Numbered from the stretch's first letter, positions 1-8,448 are shown. The stretch: 41,987 bases of DNA from Gammaproteobacteria bacterium (GCA_965656575.1 CBFHLA010000002.1:3817-45803); one strand, 5' to 3'. The notes: a model not told the origin generated them from the sequence alone. Translations and numbers: made by a program.

Positions 1-1
1 A

Positions 2-760
2 TACCCAATATTATCCCATGGTGTTTTATCTGTAGGTCCAAAGTATGGATGTACTCATCACTTAACTCTAAAGGAGCTTGGATATAATTCTACGAACACA
101 TTAGAGGAGATAGCAGAACGTTTGGAAAATAATAAAATAGGTTGGGCATATGCAGATCAATCCATATTTAATCCAAGGCTTCATGAGCTTATGGAATTAA
201 GAAGAAAAATTATAAAAAGACCTGTAATTACAACTGTTGAAGTTTTAGTAAAACCAATTAAATCAAAAAGTGATGCATTTTTTACAGGCTTTGTACATAA
301 ACCTTATCCTCCTATCTATCTGGAGTTATCAAGGAATGCAGACTTCAGCTCGGCAAGTGTTATCAGAGGAACTGAAGGTGGGATTATTCCTTCGCTGAGA
401 CAAACTGGAAAAGTTCACTATTATGACTCTTCTTCTTCAGAAGATAAAATGTATGAGGTAAAGCCTGAAGATCTGGGTATCAATGAATCATCAAGAGCAG
501 TTGATTTGCCAGATAGTTTGAAGAAAAAAGAAACTAGTGACAAAATTGAATCAAAAGTATCTGCTTTAGATGTTGCTAAAGCAGCTGCAAAAGATGGTAT
601 GGATGCATTGTCCGGTAAGGAAGGTACTATGAAATCATGTATTCATCTTGGGGCGACAATTATACTCCAAAGAATGTCCGGTAATGATATTTTGGAATGT
701 TCAAAGGAAGCGCTTAAAGTTATTGATAGCGGGTCAGCTGCTAGTAGGATGAAATTGTGA
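2..760 (+). CDS. glycosyl transferase family 3 / anthranilate phosphoribosyltransferase (TrpD)-like protein, 5' end outside window
   Basis: The frame of ORF 122..760 stays open back to nt 2 (YPILSHGVLSVGPKYGCTHH...), so the TTG at 122 is not the real start. The block order (HG..GPKYG, RRKIIKRPVITTVEVL, VIRGTEGG) resembles TrpD-fold proteins from memory. Its stop overlaps the next gene's GTG (GTGA at 757-760). Confidence 0.4.
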   Translation, partial: YPILSHGVLSVGPKYGCTHHLTLKELGYNSTNTLEEIAERLENNKIGWAYADQSIFNPRLHELMELRRKIIKRPVITTVEVLVKPIKSKSDAFFTGFVHKPYPPIYLELSRNADFSSASVIRGTEGGIIPSLRQTGKVHYYDSSSSEDKMYEVKPEDLGINESSRAVDLPDSLKKKETSDKIESKVSALDVAKAAAKDGMDALSGKEGTMKSCIHLGATIILQRMSGNDILECSKEALKVIDSGSAASRMKL

Positions 761-1059
761 TTATCACCTTATGTACAAAAGATGATTTCAATGAGAATAA
801 TATGCTTGAGGTAATTCATGAAAATCATTCCTATCTAGTTGCTAAAGTAGATAAGGAATATTTTGCTGTAGATAATATGTGCAGTCATGAGAATTCAGAG
901 CTGATACTAGGATGCCTAAAAGATAAAACTATTAAATGCTCATTGCATGGCAGTTACTTTGATTTAGAAACTGGAAAACCTCTTAATGAACCAGCAGATG
1001 AACCAATTAAAACTTACCCAACTATGATTAAAGATAATAATATTTGCATAGAAATATAA
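757..1059 (+). CDS. Rieske [2Fe-2S] ferredoxin-type small protein (NirD / oxygenase ferredoxin-subunit-like)
   Basis: 100 aa with an intact Rieske ligand pattern C-S-H-x16-C-S-L-H (MCSHENSELILGCLKDKTIKCSLHG). GTG start overlaps the upstream stop. Its TAA overlaps the downstream ATG (TAATG at 1057-1061). Confidence 0.75.
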   Translation: MIITLCTKDDFNENNMLEVIHENHSYLVAKVDKEYFAVDNMCSHENSELILGCLKDKTIKCSLHGSYFDLETGKPLNEPADEPIKTYPTMIKDNNICIEI

Positions 1060-1505
1060 TGCTTTCAGTATTTGATAGAACAATAGATTGGAATTGTAAC
1101 AGTACATGGAAACAGTCTGCTTACAATACTATGTGGTGTTTGATTGGTTGCAGCATAGGAGATATGGGTACAATTTATTATTTTCAGGTTCATCAGATTC
1201 CCTGGACTACATTATCTATAATGCTGTTAGCAATGACCAATGGAATTCTAACCAGCATCATTTTAGAAACAATTATTATGTTGAAACAAATGGATTTAAA
1301 AAGTGCATTTAAAACAGCTATTGGTATGAGTCTGATTTCGATGATCAGTATGGAGATAGCTATGAATTTAGTAGACTATTTGGTTACAGGTGGAGCTAAA
1401 ATAAATCTTATGGTTGTGCCTTTAATGCTAATTGCCGGCTTTCTAACCCCTTGGCCATATAATTATTGGAGATTAAAAAAGTTTAATAAAGGCTGTTGCG
1501 CTTAA
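1059..1505 (+). CDS. DUF4396-like integral membrane protein (CxxGCxxGD motif)
   Basis: Multi-TM protein with WCLIGCSIGDMGT near the N-terminus and a C-terminal GCC. I prefer the ATG at 1059 (TAATG coupling with the Rieske gene) over the track's TTG at 1044, which lies inside the Rieske CDS. Confidence 0.55.
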   Translation: MLSVFDRTIDWNCNSTWKQSAYNTMWCLIGCSIGDMGTIYYFQVHQIPWTTLSIMLLAMTNGILTSIILETIIMLKQMDLKSAFKTAIGMSLISMISMEIAMNLVDYLVTGGAKINLMVVPLMLIAGFLTPWPYNYWRLKKFNKGCCA

Positions 1506-2128
1506 TTCATATGAGCAGTCAAAAGCTTTGTAACTGAATGCTCAATATTAACTTTTAGTCTTTCATTTGTAGCTCTAAAATAGCTTTCAAAAAGGACCGT
1601 TGGTATAGCAACAGATAGTCCTACTGCCGTAGTAAGCAAAGCTTCCCAAATACCCCCTGATAAGGTTGAAGGGTTTATATTATTTCCAGCCATCTCCATT
1701 TGTTGAAAAGCATCAATCATTCCAAAAACAGTACCCAGCAAACCTAATAAAGGAGCAACCATTGCAATGACTTTGAGTGTATCTAAATTTGAATCATAAT
1801 ATTCTAAACGCTCTTGACTTAATCTTGATACCTCTTCTCTCAGATATCTTTCTTTATCACTATCAATATTATTTTTAAGCAAATGATACATAGTGAAAGA
1901 TACAACTTCTTTTTGAGGGTGTGTATCTTTGGATATTTTTGCGTAAGCTTCTTCTTTATTATCATTAAGCCACATATTTATACTTTCATTAGTAACATCT
2001 TTACTGAAGAAATTAACTTTAAAAAGGATATGTAATTTATAAATAACAATAGAAAGTACATAGACTGAAAGTCCAAGAAGTATATAAACGACTGGGCCGC
2101 CTTTAATTAAAAGTGAAGCAGATTCCAT
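1502..2128 (-). CDS. exbB: MotA/TolQ/ExbB proton-channel family protein (ExbB)
   Basis: 208 aa with three TM segments and the typical APLLGLLGTVFGMIDAF and LTTAVGLSVAIP blocks. It is the last gene of the minus-strand receptor operon. Its 3' end overlaps the convergent DUF4396 gene by 4 nt. Confidence 0.85.
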   Translation of the reverse strand: MESASLLIKGGPVVYILLGLSVYVLSIVIYKLHILFKVNFFSKDVTNESINMWLNDNKEEAYAKISKDTHPQKEVVSFTMYHLLKNNIDSDKERYLREEVSRLSQERLEYYDSNLDTLKVIAMVAPLLGLLGTVFGMIDAFQQMEMAGNNINPSTLSGGIWEALLTTAVGLSVAIPTVLFESYFRATNERLKVNIEHSVTKLLTAHMN

Positions 2129-2151
2129 AACTCTTTTCTATATTAGACACA

Positions 2152-2183
2152 TAGTCTAACAGAGATTTCTCTCTGTTAGACTA
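2152..2183 (-). other. intercistronic perfect stem-loop between the copper-receptor gene and exbB
   Basis: tagtctaacagag(a)tttc(t)ctctgttagacta forms a 13-14 bp perfect stem with a 4-6 nt loop. No U-tract follows on the minus strand, so it is not a classical terminator. It could be an attenuator or an mRNA-stability/processing element. Confidence 0.35.
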
Positions 2184-2197
2184 AATAAATTACTAAT

Positions 2198-4186
2198 TTA
2201 GAACTCGTAATTAATAGAACCAAAGAAACTTCTGCCTGGCTCATCAGTTCTGGTTGCTGCTGCATCTAGGTTATTTGTTGAATTTAGATGAGTTGCATAT
2301 CTTTTATCTGTGATATTACTCATACCAACAGTAAACCTAAGATTAGGTGTAGGCTCAAAACCTGCGAATATATCATAAACTGTATATCCAGCTGTGCCAC
2401 CAGCCACATCTAGTACTTTTGAGTCAAAGCGATCTTGCGTATCAGCAAAATTAATTCTCAAACCATAATTACTTTGCGCTGATTTGATTTCAAAAGTCAA
2501 ATCACCCGCAAGTGGCATAATCTGAGGTAATGCTCTATTTTGCGTATCATCTTCACCTCGTGTGTAGTTAAGATTCAAAGTTGTATCTATACCGGCTACT
2601 ACGCGATGTGCAGTAATTTCATATCCATATAGCGTTGCATCGACATTCTTATAAGTTCTTGTACCCATTGCAGCATCAGCTACTCTGTGGGTGGTGACAT
2701 AATCATCTACATCATTGTAAAAAACTGATCCAGAAACATGGTTTCCAAGGAGCATTCCTTCATTACCTATTTCTATTGTCATATGACGTTCAGAAGCAAG
2801 ATTTGGATTACCTACATGTCTCATCATTTCGTTACTATTTTGCTTAGCATGGAAAAGCTCTGTTGTATCAGGCGCTCTTTCATTGATACTTAAATTTACA
2901 TATGAAGATTCATCCATATTAAATCTTAGGAAGCCGCTCACATTATCAAAGTCTCTCTTTGTTGCAGCTGCGTATCCACCATTAGCGGCCATAGCATAAA
3001 CTGCGTTTGCACTTCTTTGCATACCCATGCCCATACCAGGAACAGCATCTGCTTTCTTTGGGTCAAGCTCAACCATGTCATACCTAAGGCCAAATGAAAT
3101 ATTATTCATATCTTTCTCAAAAAATAATCCTGATTTTTCAGTTTCTACATCAGGCCATAGATAGGTGATGTGCATATTGCCCATGCCCATGGTCATATTT
3201 TGCTCAGCATTTTTAGTATTATGTTCATAATCAACACCAGCACGTATATCAGAACCTATAGTTCCAATGATCCTTCCTCCATAAGTATCTGATGATGTTG
3301 GAGTAAACATATCCATCATTGCTGACCTCATGGTTGTATTATCCATTAAATGATCAATATCAGTATTGAAAAGTTCAACATTCATTGTTGAGAAAATTCC
3401 TAATGGAGTAACTCTATGATATTTCAGTGTATACATATCGGTATAGCTGTATGCAATATCCATAGTTAAACCAGGATATCCAACTTTATCCTGTCTATTA
3501 TTAGAATAGTTAACTTCTAATTTAGAGCCATCTGATAAAAGTGTTCCTAGTATGACTGTGTAATCAGTTGTTGAATATTCTGTTAGTGGCTTAATTCCAG
3601 ATCCAGTTTCATAGTTACCTGCATTTGTAGTAGATCCATTAAGCCTTAAGTATGAAGTCGAAGATAATGGGTAAACTACATTACCGCTAGTTGTATATGC
3701 ACCAGCATTAGAATCAAAGTTTTGACCAATTCTAAATTCAGGTTTTGTAACAGGATTTGTTACACGTTTAAAGCTAACTACACCACCAGGTCCACCTGCT
3801 CCAAAAAGAACTGATTGCGTTCCTTTGATAACAGTTACAGAGTCGTAGTTATTAACATTTGCATAAGTACTTGCTGGATCCATTTTTGCAGAACAAGCAC
3901 CATAAACCATAGCGCCATCTAAAAATGTGTTAAGACGTTGATCGCTCTGTCCACGTATTACCGCTTCAAGACCATGTCCGCCTCTTCTTATAGTATTTAC
4001 GCCATTTATATTTTTAAGTAAGTCACCGCCATCTACTGCATTTCTTGTGTCGACTTCTTCAATAGCCTCATTGCTTATAGTAGCTTTGTCCATTACAGGA
4101 CTACTTATTTGTATATCGGTTAATTCTTCAGCTGAAACATTCGTTATAAGTGTAATGCTGAAGACAAAAAATAATAATCTGTTCAT
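2198..4186 (-). CDS. oprC: TonB-dependent copper receptor, OprC/NosA type
   Basis: 662 aa with a signal peptide (MNRLLFFVFSITLITNVSA), a plug domain, a C-terminal ...INYEF barrel signature, and a GGAGG Shine-Dalgarno 5 nt upstream. It has CxxxM (C98-S-A-K-M102, codons at 3893-3895 and 3881-3883) and HxM (H279-L-M281). The C-to-H spacing is 181 residues versus 180 in P. aeruginosa OprC as I recall it. It also has Met-rich runs: GMGMGMQ, MTMGMGNMH, RSAMMDMF, NEMMRH. Confidence 0.7.
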   Translation of the reverse strand: MNRLLFFVFSITLITNVSAEELTDIQISSPVMDKATISNEAIEEVDTRNAVDGGDLLKNINGVNTIRRGGHGLEAVIRGQSDQRLNTFLDGAMVYGACSAKMDPASTYANVNNYDSVTVIKGTQSVLFGAGGPGGVVSFKRVTNPVTKPEFRIGQNFDSNAGAYTTSGNVVYPLSSTSYLRLNGSTTNAGNYETGSGIKPLTEYSTTDYTVILGTLLSDGSKLEVNYSNNRQDKVGYPGLTMDIAYSYTDMYTLKYHRVTPLGIFSTMNVELFNTDIDHLMDNTTMRSAMMDMFTPTSSDTYGGRIIGTIGSDIRAGVDYEHNTKNAEQNMTMGMGNMHITYLWPDVETEKSGLFFEKDMNNISFGLRYDMVELDPKKADAVPGMGMGMQRSANAVYAMAANGGYAAATKRDFDNVSGFLRFNMDESSYVNLSINERAPDTTELFHAKQNSNEMMRHVGNPNLASERHMTIEIGNEGMLLGNHVSGSVFYNDVDDYVTTHRVADAAMGTRTYKNVDATLYGYEITAHRVVAGIDTTLNLNYTRGEDDTQNRALPQIMPLAGDLTFEIKSAQSNYGLRINFADTQDRFDSKVLDVAGGTAGYTVYDIFAGFEPTPNLRFTVGMSNITDKRYATHLNSTNNLDAAATRTDEPGRSFFGSINYEF

Positions 4187-4225
4187 TTTTCCTCCAGATT
4201 AATCGTTAAATTAAAAAAGAAATAA

Positions 4226-4579
4226 TTATACGATTGGAGGAGCTCTAACCTGATTTGTATATGGTGTTAACGTTTTTACGTTAGGAGCGTAAAAAAAATA
4301 GTTAATTGAAAGTTTGTTATTTAATACGAAATTAATATTTGATCGAAAGTTGATTAAGTCTATTGAGGCTGTATCTAAAGATTCACAACATATAGAATCA
4401 CCTTGAATCTGGCTTAATAGGACAGTGTTAATTTTATCTAGTAAATCAGATAACTTTTGAGTATGAGAGATTGAGCCAGAATATTTGCTGCCACATAGTT
4501 CTGCATGCAGATGCTCAAATCCATTTCCATCATTTATTTTATTGAATCCAATAACTGTATAGCTATGCAGTGGTTGCAA
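4226..4579 (-). CDS. hypothetical small Cys/His-containing protein between the two receptor genes; true start uncertain
   Basis: 117-aa ORF from a TTG start. The frame stays open 28 codons further upstream and encodes a signal-peptide-like KINNLLKIIVVLLVAL-QPLHS segment with no ATG/GTG/TTG. Contains HLHAELCGS and SICCES. I recognise no family. Confidence 0.4.
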   Translation of the reverse strand: MQPLHSYTVIGFNKINDGNGFEHLHAELCGSKYSGSISHTQKLSDLLDKINTVLLSQIQGDSICCESLDTASIDLINFRSNINFVLNNKLSINYFFYAPNVKTLTPYTNQVRAPPIV

Positions 4580-4670
4580 AGCTACAAGAAGAACTACAAT
4601 TATTTTGAGTAAGTTATTAATCTTTCTATACCCAAAGATAAAGTACCAAATATTGAATTGATTTTAAAGA

Positions 4671-4712
4671 GAAGATACTCAGAATAGGGAAATAAGGAAG
4701 CTGAGTATCTTC
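4671..4712 (-). terminator. stem-loop downstream of the 733-aa receptor gene (second of two)
   Basis: Perfect 12-bp inverted repeat gaagatactcag / ctgagtatcttc with an 18-nt loop. On the minus strand it is followed by tctttaaaat (moderately T-rich). Confidence 0.4.
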
Positions 4713-4719
4713 GATCTAA

Positions 4720-4748
4720 AGCCTGGCCGCAGGGAATTCGACCAGGCT
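4720..4748 (-). terminator. GC-rich stem-loop immediately downstream of the 733-aa receptor gene
   Basis: agcctgg / ccaggct forms a 7-bp stem inside an unusually GC-rich stretch (gcctggccgcagggaattcgaccaggc) for this AT-rich window. On the minus strand it is followed by ttt. Confidence 0.35.
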
Positions 4749-4787
4749 CATTCATATCATCGGAGAACGATATAAAATATTTTTTGC

Positions 4788-6989
4788 TTAAAAGTCTAGT
4801 GATATGCCTGTCATCACAGTCTGTGGTTTGTTAGCTCTAAAGCCATAGTTGTGTGCAGAAGCAATGTATTCTTTATCAAATAAATTATCAATGTTTAAGA
4901 ATGCTCGTGCTCCTACATAGCCCATTGAGTCTAGACTCATACCACTTCTAAAGTCATATATCCAAGCACTTTCTGTTTTATCAGAGCTACTTGAACCTTT
5001 GTTAAAGACTTCATCGTTGTATTTTACAGATAACTGCATATCCCAGTTGTTTGTTTCAGCACCAAGAGAGACATAATAAATCTCCTCTGGTGTGTACGCT
5101 ATTCTAGCACCGTCCACAAACTCACCATTTTGTGTAGTAACATCATGTTCTGCTTCCTGAAGTGTTACAGATATAGCCATTGGATATCTGATCCCGGAAC
5201 CAGCAACTTCGGTACCTTTCATTTGAGGAGATGCAAATAAGTTATTGACTCTGTATAAGAATTCAACACCTGTTACATGAGCTTCACCAGCACTTTTTGC
5301 ATCCTGAGATGCGTCAGCACAACCTGATGCGATATTACATGTCTCATTTAGGTTCTCATAATCTACATGGAATCCAATAATTTCCATTTGACTATTAGCG
5401 CCCATTGAGCGATAACCTATTTCATAATTGTCAGATTCTTCTGGTTTTGCTCCTCCATTACCTGAAGGCATGTATCCTTGGCTGTATGCAACAAATGCAG
5501 ACGCACCGTTACCCATGTTGTAGACTGTACTTGCGGCAATCATTGTTTCGCTGTTATTAGCTAAACGAGAGTCGCCTGCTGAACTGTAGTTATACTCCCA
5601 ATAGTCTACATCTTCATGCCTTAACCCAAGTGTAGTAACAAAATTTCCATGTGTAATGCGATCAATAATACTTATTGATTCTGCTGATGCAAAGTCATCA
5701 TTACCATTTCCATCTGTTACATAGTCTGATGAAATTAGTGACATAGTATTGTTTGAGCCAAGAGTATAGTATTCAGAAATACTTGAATCATGTCTGTCAC
5801 GATAATCACGATGACTTCTGTAGCCAACTGTAATATCATGCACACCCATAACGGTGTTGTAACGAAGATCATAACCATACATTCCATAGTCTCTGTGTCC
5901 TAGTGAACGTTTGATTTTCTCACCATCTACCATAGCAGCTTGATTTGTAAGAATATTACAAGCTCTTAACTCTTCTGCTGAATCCGCAGCACAGTTTGTC
6001 GCCCAGTCAACCTTTGATAGTTTAACTTTTGTTAGCGTATTAGTATCATCACCATCTGCATATACGTTCATCTCACCTACTTTTTTCCAGTTTCTGCTAT
6101 ATTTAGCCTTGTAGATCTTACCAACAAAATTACTTGTAGGACTTAAATCCAAGCCATATGTGAAAATATATCTGTGATAGTCATTATCCATCTTGTCTTT
6201 AGATGAAGCTGCGTATCTTCTATAAGGATTAGCAGCAAAATCAAATCTTGTTAGACCGATATAAGATGCATGTGAAGTTTCCGAAGTACTTTGACTTGAT
6301 AACTCCATGTAAGAGCTTGGCATTGTGTATCTAATTTTGAATAGATCTGAATTTTTTCTAAACCCAGAGTTCGTATCATTACCGGCGCCAGCATCTATCT
6401 CTTTATGTCCATCATAAGCAGTTTTATGTATTTCAAAAACATAAGACAAATTGCCCATGGTTGCACCATAATAGAAATGGTTTCTAAGATATGACTCATC
6501 ACCAAATGTTTGGTTAAAGTAACCTTTACTCCCATCTGTTGGCGTGCTTCTTGATAAATAATTGATCGCACCAGAAGTTGTTCTTGGTCCATTGCCAATC
6601 GCAGCAGCACCTTTAAGAACCTCTATACCTTCTGCATCACCTGCATCAGGGAAGAAATACATAGAAGGGTTAGAATAGACAGCTGGTCCTTGTAGTATGC
6701 CATCCTCAGTAATATTAATTTTTGTAGTACGGTTAGGATTAGTTCCTCTCATACCGATATTGGTTCTAAGTCCAAGGCCATCTTCAGTTTGTGAAAAGAC
6801 ACCAGGTACACGTCCCATTATCCTTTCAGTATCTGTATAGCCTGATTTTTTAAGTTCGACATCATCAATATATGACGCAGAACCAGCAATTTCAGATTCT
6901 TGTTGTCCACCAAATATACTTAATGGGGCCAAGTCATCTGCAAATGCATTACTGCCTAAAAAGGCAATAAGAATGGCTGTTTTTTTCAT
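4788..6989 (-). CDS. TonB-dependent receptor (likely iron/siderophore type, Fur-controlled)
   Basis: 733 aa with a signal peptide (MKKTAILIAFLGSNAFA), a plug domain (GMRGTNPNRTT, EVLKGAAA) and a C-terminal ...GISLDF. It is the first gene downstream of the double Fur box. Confidence 0.85.
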   Translation of the reverse strand: MKKTAILIAFLGSNAFADDLAPLSIFGGQQESEIAGSASYIDDVELKKSGYTDTERIMGRVPGVFSQTEDGLGLRTNIGMRGTNPNRTTKINITEDGILQGPAVYSNPSMYFFPDAGDAEGIEVLKGAAAIGNGPRTTSGAINYLSRSTPTDGSKGYFNQTFGDESYLRNHFYYGATMGNLSYVFEIHKTAYDGHKEIDAGAGNDTNSGFRKNSDLFKIRYTMPSSYMELSSQSTSETSHASYIGLTRFDFAANPYRRYAASSKDKMDNDYHRYIFTYGLDLSPTSNFVGKIYKAKYSRNWKKVGEMNVYADGDDTNTLTKVKLSKVDWATNCAADSAEELRACNILTNQAAMVDGEKIKRSLGHRDYGMYGYDLRYNTVMGVHDITVGYRSHRDYRDRHDSSISEYYTLGSNNTMSLISSDYVTDGNGNDDFASAESISIIDRITHGNFVTTLGLRHEDVDYWEYNYSSAGDSRLANNSETMIAASTVYNMGNGASAFVAYSQGYMPSGNGGAKPEESDNYEIGYRSMGANSQMEIIGFHVDYENLNETCNIASGCADASQDAKSAGEAHVTGVEFLYRVNNLFASPQMKGTEVAGSGIRYPMAISVTLQEAEHDVTTQNGEFVDGARIAYTPEEIYYVSLGAETNNWDMQLSVKYNDEVFNKGSSSSDKTESAWIYDFRSGMSLDSMGYVGARAFLNIDNLFDKEYIASAHNYGFRANKPQTVMTGISLDF

Positions 6990-7029
6990 ATTTATCTCTA
7001 TAAACGTTCTTAATTGCTGCTATTATATT

Positions 7030-7048
7030 GATAATGATTCTCATTTGC
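7030..7048. promoter_or_regulatory. Fur box 1 in the divergent receptor/exbD promoter
   Basis: GATAATGATTCTCATTTGC matches the 19-bp Fur consensus GATAATGATAATCATTATC at 15/19 positions (counted by hand). It belongs to a 16-nt direct repeat tgataatgattctcat (7029-7044 and 7058-7073). Confidence 0.7.
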
Positions 7049-7058
7049 AATAGTTAAT

Positions 7059-7077
7059 GATAATGATTCTCATAATT
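7059..7077. promoter_or_regulatory. Fur box 2 in the divergent receptor/exbD promoter
   Basis: GATAATGATTCTCATAATT matches the Fur consensus at 15/19 positions. It lies 29 bp from box 1 and ends 53 nt upstream of the exbD ATG. Confidence 0.7.
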
Positions 7078-7129
7078 AATTAGATTATTATGTGTTTAAA
7101 ACATTACTATTTTAATTTAGAGTATCCAA

Positions 7130-7516
7130 ATGACTAGGATTAGCCTTACACCTGTTATCGATGTAGTGTTCATACTGCTTATTTTTTTTATGTTAGCTTC
7201 AAATTTTAATAAGATTGGAGAGATAGATATGGATATGACAAAAGAGACTAACTCAGTAAGTAAGGAAGACATTAAGTTAATTGAATTATTAATCAGACAA
7301 GATGAGACAGTAATTAGTGAAGGAAAAATTTATGAGGACGATGAACTTGTTACAATGATCAAACATCTTACTAAAGATAAACCTAAGTATTCAATCATAC
7401 TTACCTCAAAAGAAGACGTTACTTATCAAAGGTTTTTATATTTGATGAATTTCCTTAAAAATAATGAAATTAGTAATATTAATATTGGATTAAAAACTAA
7501 TGCGACTAAAAATTAA
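7130..7516 (+). CDS. exbD: ExbD/TolR biopolymer transport protein (copy 1)
   Basis: 128 aa with an N-terminal LTPVIDVVFILLIFFMLA single-TM signature followed by a periplasmic domain. Confidence 0.85.
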   Translation: MTRISLTPVIDVVFILLIFFMLASNFNKIGEIDMDMTKETNSVSKEDIKLIELLIRQDETVISEGKIYEDDELVTMIKHLTKDKPKYSIILTSKEDVTYQRFLYLMNFLKNNEISNINIGLKTNATKN

Positions 7517-7898
7517 AGATAAAAAAGAATATGATGATGATGGTTTGCTACCTTTAGTAAATATAATTTTTCTACTGCTTATATTTTTTATGATTGCAGG
7601 TGTAATTGAAAAGAAGATTGTAAGAGATAATCTTGAACTGCCCTCAGCTGAACTTAGCCGCTTCGAGAATAAAGAGGTGACAAAAATATATATAGACAAA
7701 GATAATAATTATTTTCTTAATGATAAAGTTACAAGTAATGAAAATATCATTATCTACATTCAAGATAAAAAGATTAAAGAAGTAATTTTAATAGCAGACA
7801 AATCCTTACTTATAAATGATATAAGCAAATTATTAAACAATCTCCATAAAAATAATATAAAAAATATAAAACTCTTATCGAATAGAAATGCAAACTGA
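7500..7898 (+). CDS. exbD: ExbD/TolR biopolymer transport protein (copy 2)
   Basis: 132 aa with LLPLVNIIFLLLIFFMIAG. Overlaps copy 1 by 17 nt. Confidence 0.8.
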   Translation: MRLKIKDKKEYDDDGLLPLVNIIFLLLIFFMIAGVIEKKIVRDNLELPSAELSRFENKEVTKIYIDKDNNYFLNDKVTSNENIIIYIQDKKIKEVILIADKSLLINDISKLLNNLHKNNIKNIKLLSNRNAN

Positions 7899-8448
7899 TC
7901 AACTAAATAAATACATACTCATATCAATACTGATTCATTCAGTATTCTTACTATCGTTTAAAAATGCTTACATACAAAAAGACATAAGCCAGATAGGTGA
8001 GCAGGGTATGCAAATTCAAATGGTATTAATAAAAGATACCTTAGATGATGTTCAAGAGGATCAGTCAGAGCTAAGTAAAGAAAAAGAAACAATTAAAAAT
8101 AAAGAGCAAGAACAACAGGCAGTATTTGATAACCGTCTTCAAGGCGACAAAGCTGAGAAAATCTATCAATCATATTATGGTGTAATAAGAAATATTTTGG
8201 ATTCTAATAAAAAATATCCGCTATTATCATTACAGCGTAGACAAGAGGGGACTCCTATTGTTGAATTTACAATACTAAAAAATGGAGAGGTTACTAATTT
8301 AAATCTAGTCTCATCTGGTTACCGACTACTAGACAGGGAAGCACAAAAAATCGTCATTAAATCATCGCCCTTTCCACCAATACCTGAATCAGTCGGTAAA
8401 AATAGTATTGATTTAAGGATACCAATTAATTTTAGTCTTCAGCGCTAG
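7888..8448 (+). CDS. tonB: TonB family energy transducer
   Basis: 186 aa with an N-terminal TM segment (YILISILIHSVFLL) and an E/K/Q-rich spacer. The C-terminal TonB domain reads YPLLSLQRRQEGTPIVEFTILKNGEVTNLNLVSSGYRLLDREAQKIV..SPFPPIP. Overlaps exbD2 by 11 nt. Confidence 0.8.
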   Translation: MQTDQLNKYILISILIHSVFLLSFKNAYIQKDISQIGEQGMQIQMVLIKDTLDDVQEDQSELSKEKETIKNKEQEQQAVFDNRLQGDKAEKIYQSYYGVIRNILDSNKKYPLLSLQRRQEGTPIVEFTILKNGEVTNLNLVSSGYRLLDREAQKIVIKSSPFPPIPESVGKNSIDLRIPINFSLQR

